From: Eledone cirrhosa
Lineage: Eukaryota
Direction of reading: 5' to 3'
Length of the DNA stretch: 64,000 nucleotides
NCBI GenBank assembly: GCA_964016885.1
Contig: OZ024741.1
Location: 270,382,001 to 270,446,000 of the forward strand
Shown one piece after another: positions 51,946 to 64,000 of this stretch; position 1 is the stretch's first letter, and each line of letters starts with the position of its first letter. A program made the translations under genes and the position numbers. A model generated the notes under the pieces. The model searched no databases. It was given only the letters and a program-made list of their open reading frames with translations, and was not told the origin of the DNA.

Positions 51946-52559
51946 TTTATTCTTTTTTTTATTTGTAATATTATTTATACAATAGGGAATAAAATAGATC
52001 TACATAGTGTTAACTCGTTACGGTTGAGTCAATAATTTCAGACATGAAATACATTATCGGTGAAGGAAAGATAAGATTCTAACTGGCTGCGCTCAAAGTG
52101 TCCTGTGGGGTTTTTCCTTTTTAGGATCTCAATTACCAGTTAATGTCTAGACATGCCTGCGGCCAGACTATAGTTATGCTGTCTGCAAGCTCATTCAAAT
52201 GCATTCACACTGGCTGTCTCAAAGACATACAAATATGGCTTATAAAACTTACCAAAGTAAAGAGCCTTCCAGGGCCAAACGCCCCCTAACGCGACCTTGC
52301 TCCCAAACGTAATTTGTAGAAGTGAAAAATAAAGACAAATAATATATTACTCTTCCTTCGAAGGCATTTAACATCTCAGCAACTATCTCTGATGGTTCCA
52401 CAGCTTTACCATTCTTCATCTCTTTGATCTTATAACTGTTAACTTCAATAGCTGATCCTTCTGTTAGGTAAGTTGGGGGTAGTTTCTCTTCTTCCCATTC
52501 ATCAGTCTCTCATAGAAACATTTCCAGCTCACTTTACCCCCAACATCCTGATTTATTTT

Positions 52560-53110
52560 GTGGAATATTTCATGTCTTAAGACGTTGGCAAAACTTTCTT
52601 TTTTCAGCCTGTCTCTGAGCTCTGTATACCTGTTGTCTAGCTTCTCTATTAGCTACCTGGTACCGGTCTCTGCTACCCCTTCTTGTTTTTCCATGCCTGT
52701 ATGGCTCTATCCACTGTGCTGTTCCTCAACAAGATCACCCCGTCTGGCTGACACTTTACTCCAGCCACAAGACTTGTTTGTCACACAAGAATTTCCAATT
52801 GTCCTCGATGTTATATGTATCTAGCTTGTCACCCTCTCATCAAATGCATCCCGTAGGGTCTTTCTAAACCTATATTTAACCAAAAGGTCCTTTAGCTTCC
52901 AAACCTTCCATCTCCATATTTTCTTGTCCTGTTTTGTGTTTATTCTGATGTCACTAATAACTAACTTGTGTTGGGTGGTGCATTCTTCCCTAGGGAAGGC
53001 CTTAGTATTTATCAGTCCATTTATCTCGTTTTACAAGTAATCAATTTGGTTTGTGTAATTGCCTGATTGATATGTAATCAGATGGCTAGCTGGTTTCCTG
53101 AAATTTGTTA
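52560..53110 (-). mobile_element. RTE LINE AP-endonuclease region remnant
   Basis: Manual translation NFRKPASHLITYQSGNYTNQIDY...AFPREECTTQHKLVISD...KVWKLKD. Confidence 0.7.
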
Positions 53111-55049
53111 CAAATGTTTAAGCCTCAATCCCTCTTCAATTGAAATATATAACTTTGATAGTTTTCAGCCATGTCTAACTTAATAGCACCACCTGTCATA
53201 TATATTATTTTAAAATTATAGTCAATGAGTTTCATAAGATATATAGTAAGATATATAAGAGAAATTGATGGAATATATTTAATTAGATAAAAAAAAGAAA
53301 CAAAAACATTATTATTTCTCAAATTTTATTTTAAGTCTTCAAAAAAACAAAAAAAACAAACATGTTTATTACCCCCCTCCCCAATAGTAATAAGAGATAA
53401 AACAAGAACATAAGTAAAAAACAGATATTTAGTTAACTTATCAGCCCTTCTCTGCTTTTCTGTTTCACGCTTTTGTATTTATTATATGTATGTGATAATG
53501 ATAGATCTAATCTGTAGTCTGGTTTAATGTCACCACTTGGGTACGTTTAGCAGAGTTTACTCTAGTTCAACATCACCATGTGGGTACTTTTAGCAGAGTT
53601 CACTCTGATACAAACTTACAAGCACTTAGGCCAGATCTCTTCTGCAGCAAACCAATTGTTGGGAGTTTCTCCCCCTACTCAACCCAGTCATGTAGATCCT
53701 GCAAAGAAGGTGATCGGCATTGCCCTTCCCCCCTCTCTATGTATTTATGTACTTGTAACTCCTGATGGAGCCCATCCTGTTCCAAGTCTGAGACATCAGA
53801 TTTCTTCCAGAGAAGGAGAAAGAAGTAATAGAGAGGAAGTGAGAGAAAGATATAGAGGAAGAATCGATTCCAGTATTGGCCTGGTACATTTTTATTTATT
53901 TTTTATTGACCTCTAATGGATGAAAGGCAAAGTTGCCCTCAGCAGGATTTGAACTCAGAGCACAGATAGTTGGAACAAATACCACAAAGCATTCTATCCA
54001 ACATTCTAATGACTCTGCCAATTCCCCCACCCACCCACCCCGACAAAGCAATCAAAGTTAAAACTTAATGATGGGACCCAAAACAATGAGAGTAAAAAAA
54101 AGTTATTTATAGTAGTAAATAATTTTTATATGAGAATGAGAACTGAGACCCTGAATCGGAGAAGTACGATAATGTGACCAGACAAACAGCTCAATTCTAG
54201 ATATCCAACCTATTAAGGACGGTTAAAAAGGAATTTAGTTTAAAGAACATTGTAGAGTATTCACTATTCAGTCACCATTACATCTCCTATCAGGTACAAT
54301 ACTAAATAAACTATCTTACCCTCTAGTGGATTGACGAGCCAATGATGGAACCTCTACATGCTAGAAATAGCAGTCAAATAAATATCAGATCCTACTTATT
54401 ATTGTGTTGAGAAAAAGAGACACTGGAAAATGTAGGGTCATCAGACCCTATATATATATATTACTGGTCATGTATCTATATAGCATGTGTATAGATTAAT
54501 ATATTTTTAGATATTTATCTCTTTAAAAAAAAAAGGTAGAGGGCAACAGCTACTTTCGTGTCTTTATCATCATCATCATCTGTCCAACAAACACCTTAGA
54601 AATAGGGCAAGAAAACAAATCACATTGAAAGGGGCCTCAAATCCTGCAGGCCTCTCCTATCATAAAAAAAACCTACATTGAAAGGAGCCTCAAATCCTGA
54701 TACTGGCTTCTCCTATCATACAAAAAAAACAAACCCTTGCAAAGTACTATAACAGACTTTACAACATTTTCAGAGCTATTACACACAGGCACTAAACTAC
54801 CCAGTGTGTACCCCCTCCCCCACTCCATTCAGGAAGAGATCTAATAATATAACAAACCTGCACATTCAAGCTTCCAAATATCTAGAATCCTTCAATCTCT
54901 CTCTCTCTCCATATATATTTCTCAGTGGGGGGTGGGAGTAGCTTACATTTCAGTATAAATGGTACTTTGCTGGGAAAAACTTAGCTAGCCATAATACAGC
55001 ACTCACCACAAAATTTAACAAAATAGTGAATTCTTACACCGGTATACAT

Positions 55050-55852
55050 CCAGAAATCTGAAGGAGTGAGGTACAACTGATTCAGTGAACTGCCCTATAT
55101 TCTTGGCTCAAATCTAGAAATCTAAAGGAGAGAGGTACAACTGATTCTTGGCTCAAATCTAGAAATCTGAAGGAGAGAGGTACAACTGATTCTTGGCTCA
55201 AATCTAGAAATCTGAAGGAGAGAGGTACAACTGATTCTTGGCTCAAATCTAGAAATCTGAAGGAGAGAGGTACAACTGATTCTTGGCTCAAATCTAGAAA
55301 TCTGAAGGAGAGAGGTACAACTGATTCTTGGCTCAAATCTAGAAATCTGAAGGAGAGAGGTACAACTGATTCTTGGCTCAAATCTAGAAATCTGAAGGAG
55401 AGAGGTACAACTGATTCTTGGCTCAAATCTAGAAATCTGAAGGAGAGAGGTACAACTGATTCTTGGCTCAAATCTAGAAATCTGAAGGAGAGAGGTACAA
55501 CTGATTCTTGGCTCAAATCTAGAAATCTGAAGGAGAGAGGTACAACTGATTCTTGGCTCAAATCTAGAAATCTGAAGGAGAGAGGTACAACTGATTCTTG
55601 GCTCAAATCTAGAAATCTGAAGGAGAGAGGTACAACTGATTCTTGGCTCAAATCTAGAAATCTGAAGGAGAGAGATACAACTGATTCTTGGCTCAAATCT
55701 AGAAATCTGAAGGAGTGGTACAACTGATTCTTGGCTCAAATCTAGAAATCTGAAGGAGTGGTACAACTGATTCTTGGCTCAAATCTAGAAATCTGAAGGA
55801 GTGGTACAACTGATTCTTGGCCCAAATCTAGAAATCTGAAGGAGAGGTACAA
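55050..55852. repeat. 45-bp near-perfect minisatellite (about 17 units; 43-bp variants at the 3' end)
   Basis: Unit ctgattcttggctcaaatctagaaatctgaaggagagaggtacaa. Confidence 0.97.
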
Positions 55853-57573
55853 TCTTCTGATGCTCTACAGATTTTGCTAATCCACCGTCTTGAGCTGACC
55901 TCTAACAACAACAACAACAACAACAACAATGGTGGTGGTGGCAGTGAGCAACTGCAGGAAACGTTTATAGATTTGTAATTTAGGCCACATTATTTTAAAC
56001 TGAAACGAGGCAGAACAAATACCTCGAGCATTACAGCACCTTAAGATGGCCAGGGAGAAGGGTTATGTGACAGAAAGAGAATGGTCAGCACAGATAACAC
56101 TACAACACAATGACCGCAGGCAAAAGATATGGCTGGAGTAAGGATTTATTAACTACACAACACTACATAACTGACCATAATTTCACACCTGTAGATGACA
56201 GGAGCAATGAAATTGGTCACTAAACTAAACTGTATTGCAAGATGACCACAGCACAACTAGAATACATGGCAGGAACATGGAATAGTCAAGACTCATGACA
56301 GCACCATTAAAGTATAACAAAACCAAAATTTGAGGGAGCAGTAGCAGAGAATTTGTAAGCACCACAAAATGACCACAGTGTAGGGGTGGGGATAAACTGG
56401 TCACTATTAGCAGTAACAACACAACAGCATTAGCACAAGACAACAAGCAGCATGGCAGGGATTTTTTTGGCCGGAGTAGTAAACAGTTAGTGCATACATA
56501 CAAGAGCACCCCAAGATGACCACAGTACAGCAGGGATCCAGGAAATAGCACCATAAAATGACCACAGTACAACAACAAAACATGGGAAGGAATGGTATAT
56601 ATATATATATATATATATATAAATATACAACACTACTAGATGACCACAAGAAGACATGAGTGGGTAACAGAAGCCCCACTAGATGGCTATGACCACCACT
56701 AAAAGATGACCATAAGACATGCATAGGTAAAAGAAGCACCACAAGATGACCTGACCACCACCACCACAACAAGATATATATATGGCAGGAGTAGGAGACA
56801 AGTACAGTGTTAGATAGAGGTCATTGTGGAGGGTGAAAGGAGGGTAAGCAGTGGACGGTAACAAGAAGCAGGTAAATAAAATCATGCACCTTGTGTAATG
56901 AGAAGTGGTGGGATATTTTGGAGGATGGTGTTTATATGATGGTCAGCTGAGAAGTTTATAGGCTGACTATGAAAGAGATGCTAGAGCAGTAAAATCTAGC
57001 ATGTATCAATTTCAACTGCATTGTTTCTTTCCAGGAATTATGTTGAAAAAAGGAGTGATGCTAGAGCTATGAAATCTTGCATGCATTAATTTCAACTCTT
57101 CTTATTAATAACTGCATCGTTTCTTTCTTTCTTTCCACGGACAACTGTTGAAAAAAATAACCCTCATTTGGTCATTCCATGAGTATCTTAGTCAGGCTAC
57201 AAACTTTTCAGTCAACCCTCGTAGTGCAATAAGGAACACAAATGATAAAATTACAACATAGAAAACAAGGGGCAGCACAGCACTGATGGTGTTGGTGAGA
57301 GGAAAGACTAACTACATGGAGGAAACTTGGAACTAGATGAGACAACAGCAGAGAAATATAGACAAAACTGTTCATGTAATAAAGTAAAAAAATAGATACC
57401 ATTGGCAGGTGAACAGAGAATTATTTAGTAGTTTGATTGTTACTATTAGTTGTTATTGGTGGGTAACTTAGTGCAATAGATTTAATATAAACATTGAAAG
57501 CTTGAAGCAGAGTATCAAATAATTTCAAATGTTATTTTTGCTTTTGATTTTTTGGGGGTTTTAAATGAAAGTA

Positions 57574-57900
57574 TGAAGGCGCTTGGCTTAGTGGTTAGAG
57601 CGTTTGGCTTGCAATTGAGAGGTTGTGAGTTTGATTCTGTGACCTTGTGATGCATTGTATCCTTGAGCAAGACACTTTATTTCATGTTGCTCCAGTTTAC
57701 TCAGCTGTAGAAATGAGTTGCGACGTCACTGGTGCCAAGCTGTATCAGCCATTGCCTTTCCCTTGGGCAACATCAGTGGCGTGGGGAGGGGAGACTGGTA
57801 TGGATGGGTGACTGCTGGTCTTCCACAGGGTTGTGCCTCAGAGGGAAACTTTGTATGTGCAAATCCCATGGTCATTCATGACCGAAAGGGTCTTTATCTT
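57574..57900 (+). mobile_element. tRNA-derived CORE-SINE
   Basis: ggcgcttggcttagtggttagagc head plus ccttgagcaagacactttatttc CORE. Confidence 0.8.
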
Positions 57901-58670
57901 AAATAAAAGCACACTTACACAGCTATAAAAAAAATTACCAGGACTTATCAGTACTGTCCTAAATCATGATTATATTACAAAATCTAACTTTATAGTTGCA
58001 CCCCACTACACAGCACTCCCAACCATTATACTGAAGTTGTTTAGTATTGTATGGATATTTCACCCTTTATCATATACACAACCCTTGCTAGCAGGGAAAG
58101 CAGACGTGACGACGGCAACTAACAGTGTATTACAGTCTCTGGTTACCTGAAACTATGATAGTAGATGTATGTCTTATAGTCAGATTAAACCAGTAACCAC
58201 AAAATAGCAAAGTGAATTTCTTAACCCATCATACATACCTACAATAGACATACCTGGCAATATAACATACAGAGTGTCTATGTAATATGGTTGGTGTTAG
58301 GAAGGACATCCAGCTGGAGAAATCAGAAACCAAACCAAGCTAAAAATAAATCTATAGGTGCAAGACATGGTCACCTGACCTGGCTAGCCTCATATAACCC
58401 GACAACCTGTCTAACCCATGCAAGCCTGGAAAACACGTTAAACAGTGATGATGATGATGGACCATCTATCAATGTACAAGTGTAAAAATTTGCAATGATC
58501 AATAATGATGAAGAACCTTGCCCGATTAGGAATTTCTATGGTTCAATACTTTCCATGGAGTTTGTTATGTGTTGTTTTGAAGTATATATTATTTACACAT
58601 GTATATATCTGCATCTATCATAGGATATTCTCTTCAGTGGATAACTTCACTCTCAGGAACATCATACCCA

Positions 58671-58908
58671 TTAACCCTTTAGTCATCAACCCAGCCAAAA
58701 CCAACTCTTGTTCTTTGAAATAAAACCACCCATTTTAAAGGTTTCTGATTTAAATTTAAATTTTTCAACATAATTTTATATAAGAACCTTATATTAAGTT
58801 ACTATATTAGTAATGAAATAATTAATAATTTTAGTAAATACTTCAAAATTCTTCATTAATTAATTGAAACAGTGTATTTCATCAGAAATACAGTCATGTC
58901 AGGGTTAA
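58671..58908. mobile_element. TTAA-flanked piggyBac-like MITE
   Basis: ttaacccttt ... agggttaa. Confidence 0.5.
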
Positions 58909-59439
58909 AGTGTTGGTGATATAGTAAACACGACAGGCTGCCATTACTTTCATGTTCACACCAGGGTGTGGAATATGAAGCTCAAAATATAATAGAAAGG
59001 ATCAAGTTTGATGCTCTTTATGCTTTTGTCAATTCACTGAACCTGCAGCAGCACTTTAATATATCAACCATGAAAAGGATGAAAAGTTGAGGACAGGATT
59101 TGATCTCAGAGTGTAGAGAGCTGGAACAAATACTGGGGAGTGTTTAATCCAACACTTTAACAACTCTGTCAATCTACAGCCTTAAATCTCTCTCTCATAT
59201 ATATATATAAAATAATAATTGTTTCTACTTTAGACACAAGGCCAGCAATTTGAAGGGGAGGGGAAAGTCGATTAAATCGACCCTAGTGCATTACTGGTAC
59301 CTTATTTTATCGATGCAGTAAGGATGAAAGGCAAAGTTAAACTCGGCGGGAATTGAGATCAGAATGTAAAGGGCCATAACTTTATGCCGCGAAGCACTCC
59401 ACCAATACTACCAATCCACCCACCACTCTATTATATATA

Positions 59440-59630
59440 ATAATAATTGTTTCTACTTTAGGCACAAGGCCAGCAATTACCCAGTGCATTACTGGTACTT
59501 TTATTTTATCGACCCCGTAAGGATGAAAGACAAAGTCAACCTCGGCGGGATTTGAACTGAGATCGTAAAGGGACGTAACTATGCTGGAAAGCATGGCGTC
59601 CGACCCTCCACCGATACTGCCAATCCAATG
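59440..59630 (-). mobile_element. Meta-domain tRNA-SINE (tandem with a second copy at 59215-59420)
   Basis: Reverse complement of the 32669/33666 family. Confidence 0.8.
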
Positions 59631-59745
59631 GCTATAAATCAAAGTTGTAGCCACAGTTTAGCAGATACCAATAGAAATGTTTGAGGCAGTCACAAAGCAC
59701 TCGATGGTGTGAAAAGTTAATGCATTTTCATCCAGAGTAAACACA

Positions 59746-59784
<39 letters not shown>

Positions 59785-61099
59785 TGGTCTGCGGTACTGA
59801 GACCAGGAAGACTGTAAATCAAAAAAATACTCAATACATGGTAAGATGTAGAGTGGGTACATTAGTGAAAATAGAGGATCTACTGTGAGCTCAACGGTTT
59901 CAGCAAGTTACCTCTTCTGAAGAGGTGATCTACTTTCACTAATATGTGTATGTGTATGTGTATGCATATATATATATACATACACACATAAAGCAAACAG
60001 GCTCTTATTGGATGTGTAATGTTAGTGCACATGAGTGACGAGGCACAGATAATACTTAGAGAGATAAACTGCGTATAAGAGGATTCAAATGTAGAGTGCA
60101 AACGGGAGGTGAGAGTAATGGTACAGACAGGTGGTATATATATATATAGACAATGGCAGGAAACTGTGGAAGAGGAAGACCAAGAAAAACATGAGCAGAA
60201 GATGATCTCAGGAGGCTGAGCCTCAGAAAGGACGACAAAGGTAAGCACCAAGTAGGAAGACACAATACTGGAGAGGACCCATATGATCCATGCATGGAAA
60301 AATACAACCCTAACTCAAACCTTGATCCCGATCCCAGAAGAATGAAAGAAATAATTGACCTTGGTAGAATTTGAACTCAATCGGTACAAAGAATGGAATT
60401 AAATAAAACCACATCATGTTTTGTGAATCAATTCTACCAATTTTTGCCCCTCTCCCCTAACTTTATAATAATAATGATTTAAGCACAAGGCCTGCAATTT
60501 GAGGGAAGAGGAAAGTCAATAAATCAACCCAGACCTTGATTAATAATAAATAAAGATGATGGGGGAAATTATAAATATGTATGTATGCATGTGTATATCT
60601 ATATATCTGTATGTGTATGCATGTGTGTGTATATATGTGTATGCATGTGTATATATATATATATATATCTGTATATGTATGCATGTGTGTGTGTATATAT
60701 GTGTATGCGTGAGTATATATCTGTATGTGTATGCATGTGTATGCATGTGTGTGTATAAATGTGTGTATATATATATATATCTGTATGTGTATGCATATGT
60801 GTGTGTGTGTATATACATATATATATATGTATGTATGCATGTGTGTATATATATACACATATATGATTAGCCTTCATGACAACCCCCTTCAAAAAATGAG
60901 AAACCCTATTTCAATCATGTCGAAGCTATTCAGAGATTAACAATTTAAACATTTAGGAAAAGAATTCACATACAATTTTGTTTCTTTTCTTTACTTTTTC
61001 ATTTGTTTTTAAATATAAAAACCTTTCCAAATTAAGAGATCAATAAAAAAAACAAAAACACACACACTGGACACTCACACAAACCAGAATATAACCCGG

Positions 61100-62836
61100 A
61101 ATAACTTATATACATAATAGTAAAACACTGTAGGGTTATATCCGTAGTAGTAGAGCACTCAGTCCATGGGACAAGTTTGGTAGAAGTAGTTCCACCTTAT
61201 GTGGATCCTCAGCTCAGTCTGAATGAAATTGTACGGAAAAAGAAAAACAACCGTACGAATACTCATGTGCAGAAACGGTCACTTCTCCTGGACGATCGTT
61301 ATTCCGGGTATCTAAAGGTCGACTGATGGTTCAGGAAGCGTTCCTTAAACCGGCCCGCCACCACACCTACATAGGATTTAACCTCGTTGTTGATTTGGTC
61401 GGTTAGAAGTGACCTCAGCTTTGTAAATTACAGTGGGTGTGTTGCATTGTTGTTGAAGGGGTCAAGCTTCAGGCTTTCAGCAAGAGCCTCCTGGTGGGGT
61501 GCTGCTCTTAGGGTTGTTGATGTGGGCCTTCATATTCTTAACACAGGAGTATCCCAGTTTCACCCTGTATAAAGATGGAGCGGTATTTGTGACCTATGGG
61601 AAAGTGTCTATCCAAGAGAGCTAACATTTTTTTCCTACATTAGTTTTAACGTTGAATGAGAAAAGAGGAGAGAACCAAATAGTTTTTCTATTGGTACGAT
61701 TTCTTTTCTTATGGCTGTTGGTGTTAGCGGGGGAGTAAGTAATTGGTTGCGAGAAGCCGCTGTTAGCTAATGCCACGTTGTAGTAGGGTGCCGCTCTATC
61801 AAAGATTGCTTTATTAGAGGAGAGGTTAGAGATTCTAGTACCGATATTATTCACAAAGTTTCTAAAAACTGTAGGAGGGTGGTATGAGTCCTTGTATATG
61901 TAATTAAGTTTTTCATTTAGTTTATGGAAGGGTCTAAAGGTGCGTGCGTGGGGATCTAAATTTATGTCTAAGTAATCTACGCTAGTAAGGTTGGTAACTA
62001 CCATTATCTTAAGTGCTAACTCATTAAAAGTAGTAATTATATCTTTTTAAAACCGGTCCAGGTCATGACCACTTCTATGGTTCGATAGGGTCAGACCAAC
62101 GTCGCGGTATATTCGCATGTGAAAGTCCGGGAATCTAGTCCATAATATATCTAAAATAAATAAGCCAACCAAGTTGCATACATCAGCACTATTGAATGAT
62201 CCCATTGAGACGTCGAATAGCTCTGAAGTGGTTGACTTCTTTGTCCAGGCTACTCCGTTGTTGAAGAGGGTTTTCTGGCAATGTGCAATGATCTCCAATG
62301 ATCATGGACGGCAGTGTAAGTGGTAGCAAAGTCCAACACTTTGTTCAAAAGGTCACCGAGATCGACGGATAAAAATCCACAATGTTGAATTTAGTGAACT
62401 TCTCTTTTTTGTAGTTGAAAGAGTTAAACCACTTAATGACGGAGGAGTCGCTGTTCTCCCACTGGGACAGGTTGGACTTAGTCCTAATGGTCTTAACTAT
62501 GTTCCTAAGTTTCGCCTTACTGACCAATCCCATCTCTGTGCGTGCAGGGTTTAGTAGTCTACATGTGGGGTTAGAAGCAAAGTCTACCTTGTGATCCTTC
62601 AGGGTGAGAAATGCCTCATCTTAGCTAAGCATTGGAGTTTTTTATCTACCTTAAGGGTGGCAGCAAGGTGTTTGGCTTCTGTATTGATGTTGTGATAGGC
62701 CGTGGGGTCAGCCTTCTTATATTTAGAGGTTATGGTGTTACGTGCCAAGTGGCTGTATGTAGTGTTTCCTTTTCTGTACAACTTCATTGAGGCCAAGCTG
62801 AGGATCCGCATAAGGTGAACTATTGTGGAACTACTT
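61100..62836 (-). mobile_element. Penelope-like element (RT + GIY-YIG, probably Naiad-type), degenerate, with inverted 5' pLTR fragment
   Basis: LKDHKVDFASNPTCRLLNPA, FNIVDFYPSI, FDVSMGSFNSADVCNLVG, IYRDVGL, VDYLDI, SYHPP, VIYKAEV..YVG..FKERFLNH. 62776-62836 (+) repeats 61180-61236 (-). Confidence 0.9.
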
Positions 62837-62914
62837 ATATATATATACACATACAATTAAAAACATGCACTCATATACACACTATCTCTCACAAATAGTA
62901 GTAGTAGTAGTAGT

Positions 62915-63235
62915 GGCGCTCCGTTGGTTATGACGAGTGTTCCAGTTGATACAATCAATGGAACAGCCTGATTGTGAAATTAACGTGCAAGTGGCTGAGC
63001 ATTCCACAGACACATGTACCCTTAACATAGTTCTCAGGGAGATTCAGTGTGACACAGAATGTGACAAGGGTGGTCCTTCAAATTCCAGGTACAACTCATT
63101 TTTGCCAGTTGAGTAGACTGGAGCAACGTGAAATAAATTGTCTTGCTCAAGGACACAAAATGTCGCCGGGAATCGAACTCACGACCTTACGATTGTGAGC
63201 CGAATACCCTAACCACAAAGCCACGCAACTTCACC
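62915..63235 (-). mobile_element. tRNA-derived CORE-SINE
   Basis: Reverse complement of the 28249-28575 family. Confidence 0.8.
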
Positions 63236-64000
63236 TTTCTCTCACAAATATATATTTGTTAATAATCTGCTAGCCTGCCAGCACCATTCACGGGAGCTGA
63301 TATATGGACACTTGATTTGCTAGAAATAGCAGCCAAATCACACTTCAATTTCACCCTATCATTAATAAAAAAAGAAAAACCAAATTAAACTTTTTTCAGA
63401 AAAAAAAATGAGAAGCCCACATTAGACAATGAAATCGTGGGTAGTATAAAAAAAGAAGAGATGGTCACAACTGGAGTATCTTTGATACTAAGTTTGCTCC
63501 TTCATCAGAGCAGACAAGGCAAAACAGCAGCAAAAAAGGGAGGGGGGGAGGTCACGGACAGTGTAGGGCTTCTGGGTATTGTTGTTAAGGCATGACTGCT
63601 ACCACACACCACATATATACCTATATCTGGTCATTCTGGTGAAAGACTTTTAAATTAAAATTTTTTTTTTAAAAGGCGGGGGCTGTACAGGAGACATTAT
63701 AAATAAAATCATCATCATCATCACCGTTTTACGTCCGTTCTTCCATGCTAGCATGGGTTAGACGGGTTGTCCTGTTGTGGGCAGTGTCTGGTCGGCTGAC
63801 CATGCCTTGCTCATAAAATAGATAAAAGAAAAGAAAAAAAAATGGTTGATCATGGCTGGAATGTTTTTGATCCTAAGTTTTAACTATCTGGGATGAGCTT
63901 GGACCATAAGCAACAACATGTTAGCCAACACTGATGGGGAAATGAAGTAGTGAGTTATTGTTGACACAAATTGAAAAAAGAAAAAAAATTTTTTTAACCC

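Noticed and set aside
55082-55766. 213/214-aa repetitive ORFs; possible CRISPR array
   Set aside because: A head-to-tail 45-bp tandem (a multiple of 3) with no unique spacers, in a eukaryotic context with no cas genes.
61225-61270. Hairpin starting ATGA after the Penelope ORF as a SECIS
   Set aside because: It pairs Watson-Crick (atgag../..tcat) with a pyrimidine-rich loop, and lacks the GA/GA quartet and apical AA.

Overview
This is eukaryotic, AT-rich, microsatellite- and transposon-dense DNA. The repeat families (CORE- and Meta-domain tRNA-SINEs, RTE LINEs, long (TA)n/(TATG)n runs) look like an octopod cephalopod; this is inference only. One host gene can be assembled by hand: an MFSD13A/TMEM180 orthologue on the + strand, with six phase-compatible GT-AG coding exons from 25977 to 42926 (1731 nt, 576 aa), uORFs in its leader and a microsatellite-like Ser-rich loop. 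Nearly everything else is mobile DNA: Tx1/L1, several RTE families with a partner SINE, CR1, R4/Dong, a Gypsy LTR element, mariner, Tc1, two hATs, Helitron-like elements, piggyBac-like MITEs and TE-derived minisatellites. Two signals stand out. (i) There are several sequence-unrelated type I hammerhead ribozyme motifs: a 433-nt tandem dimer (retrozyme/pLTR-like), a head-to-head pair, and one with a long stem III. (ii) A Penelope-like element has TGA codons at apparently conserved Cys positions of its linker/GIY-YIG region, as reported for selenocysteine-encoding Naiad elements. Most long ORFs in the supplied track are repeat artefacts.
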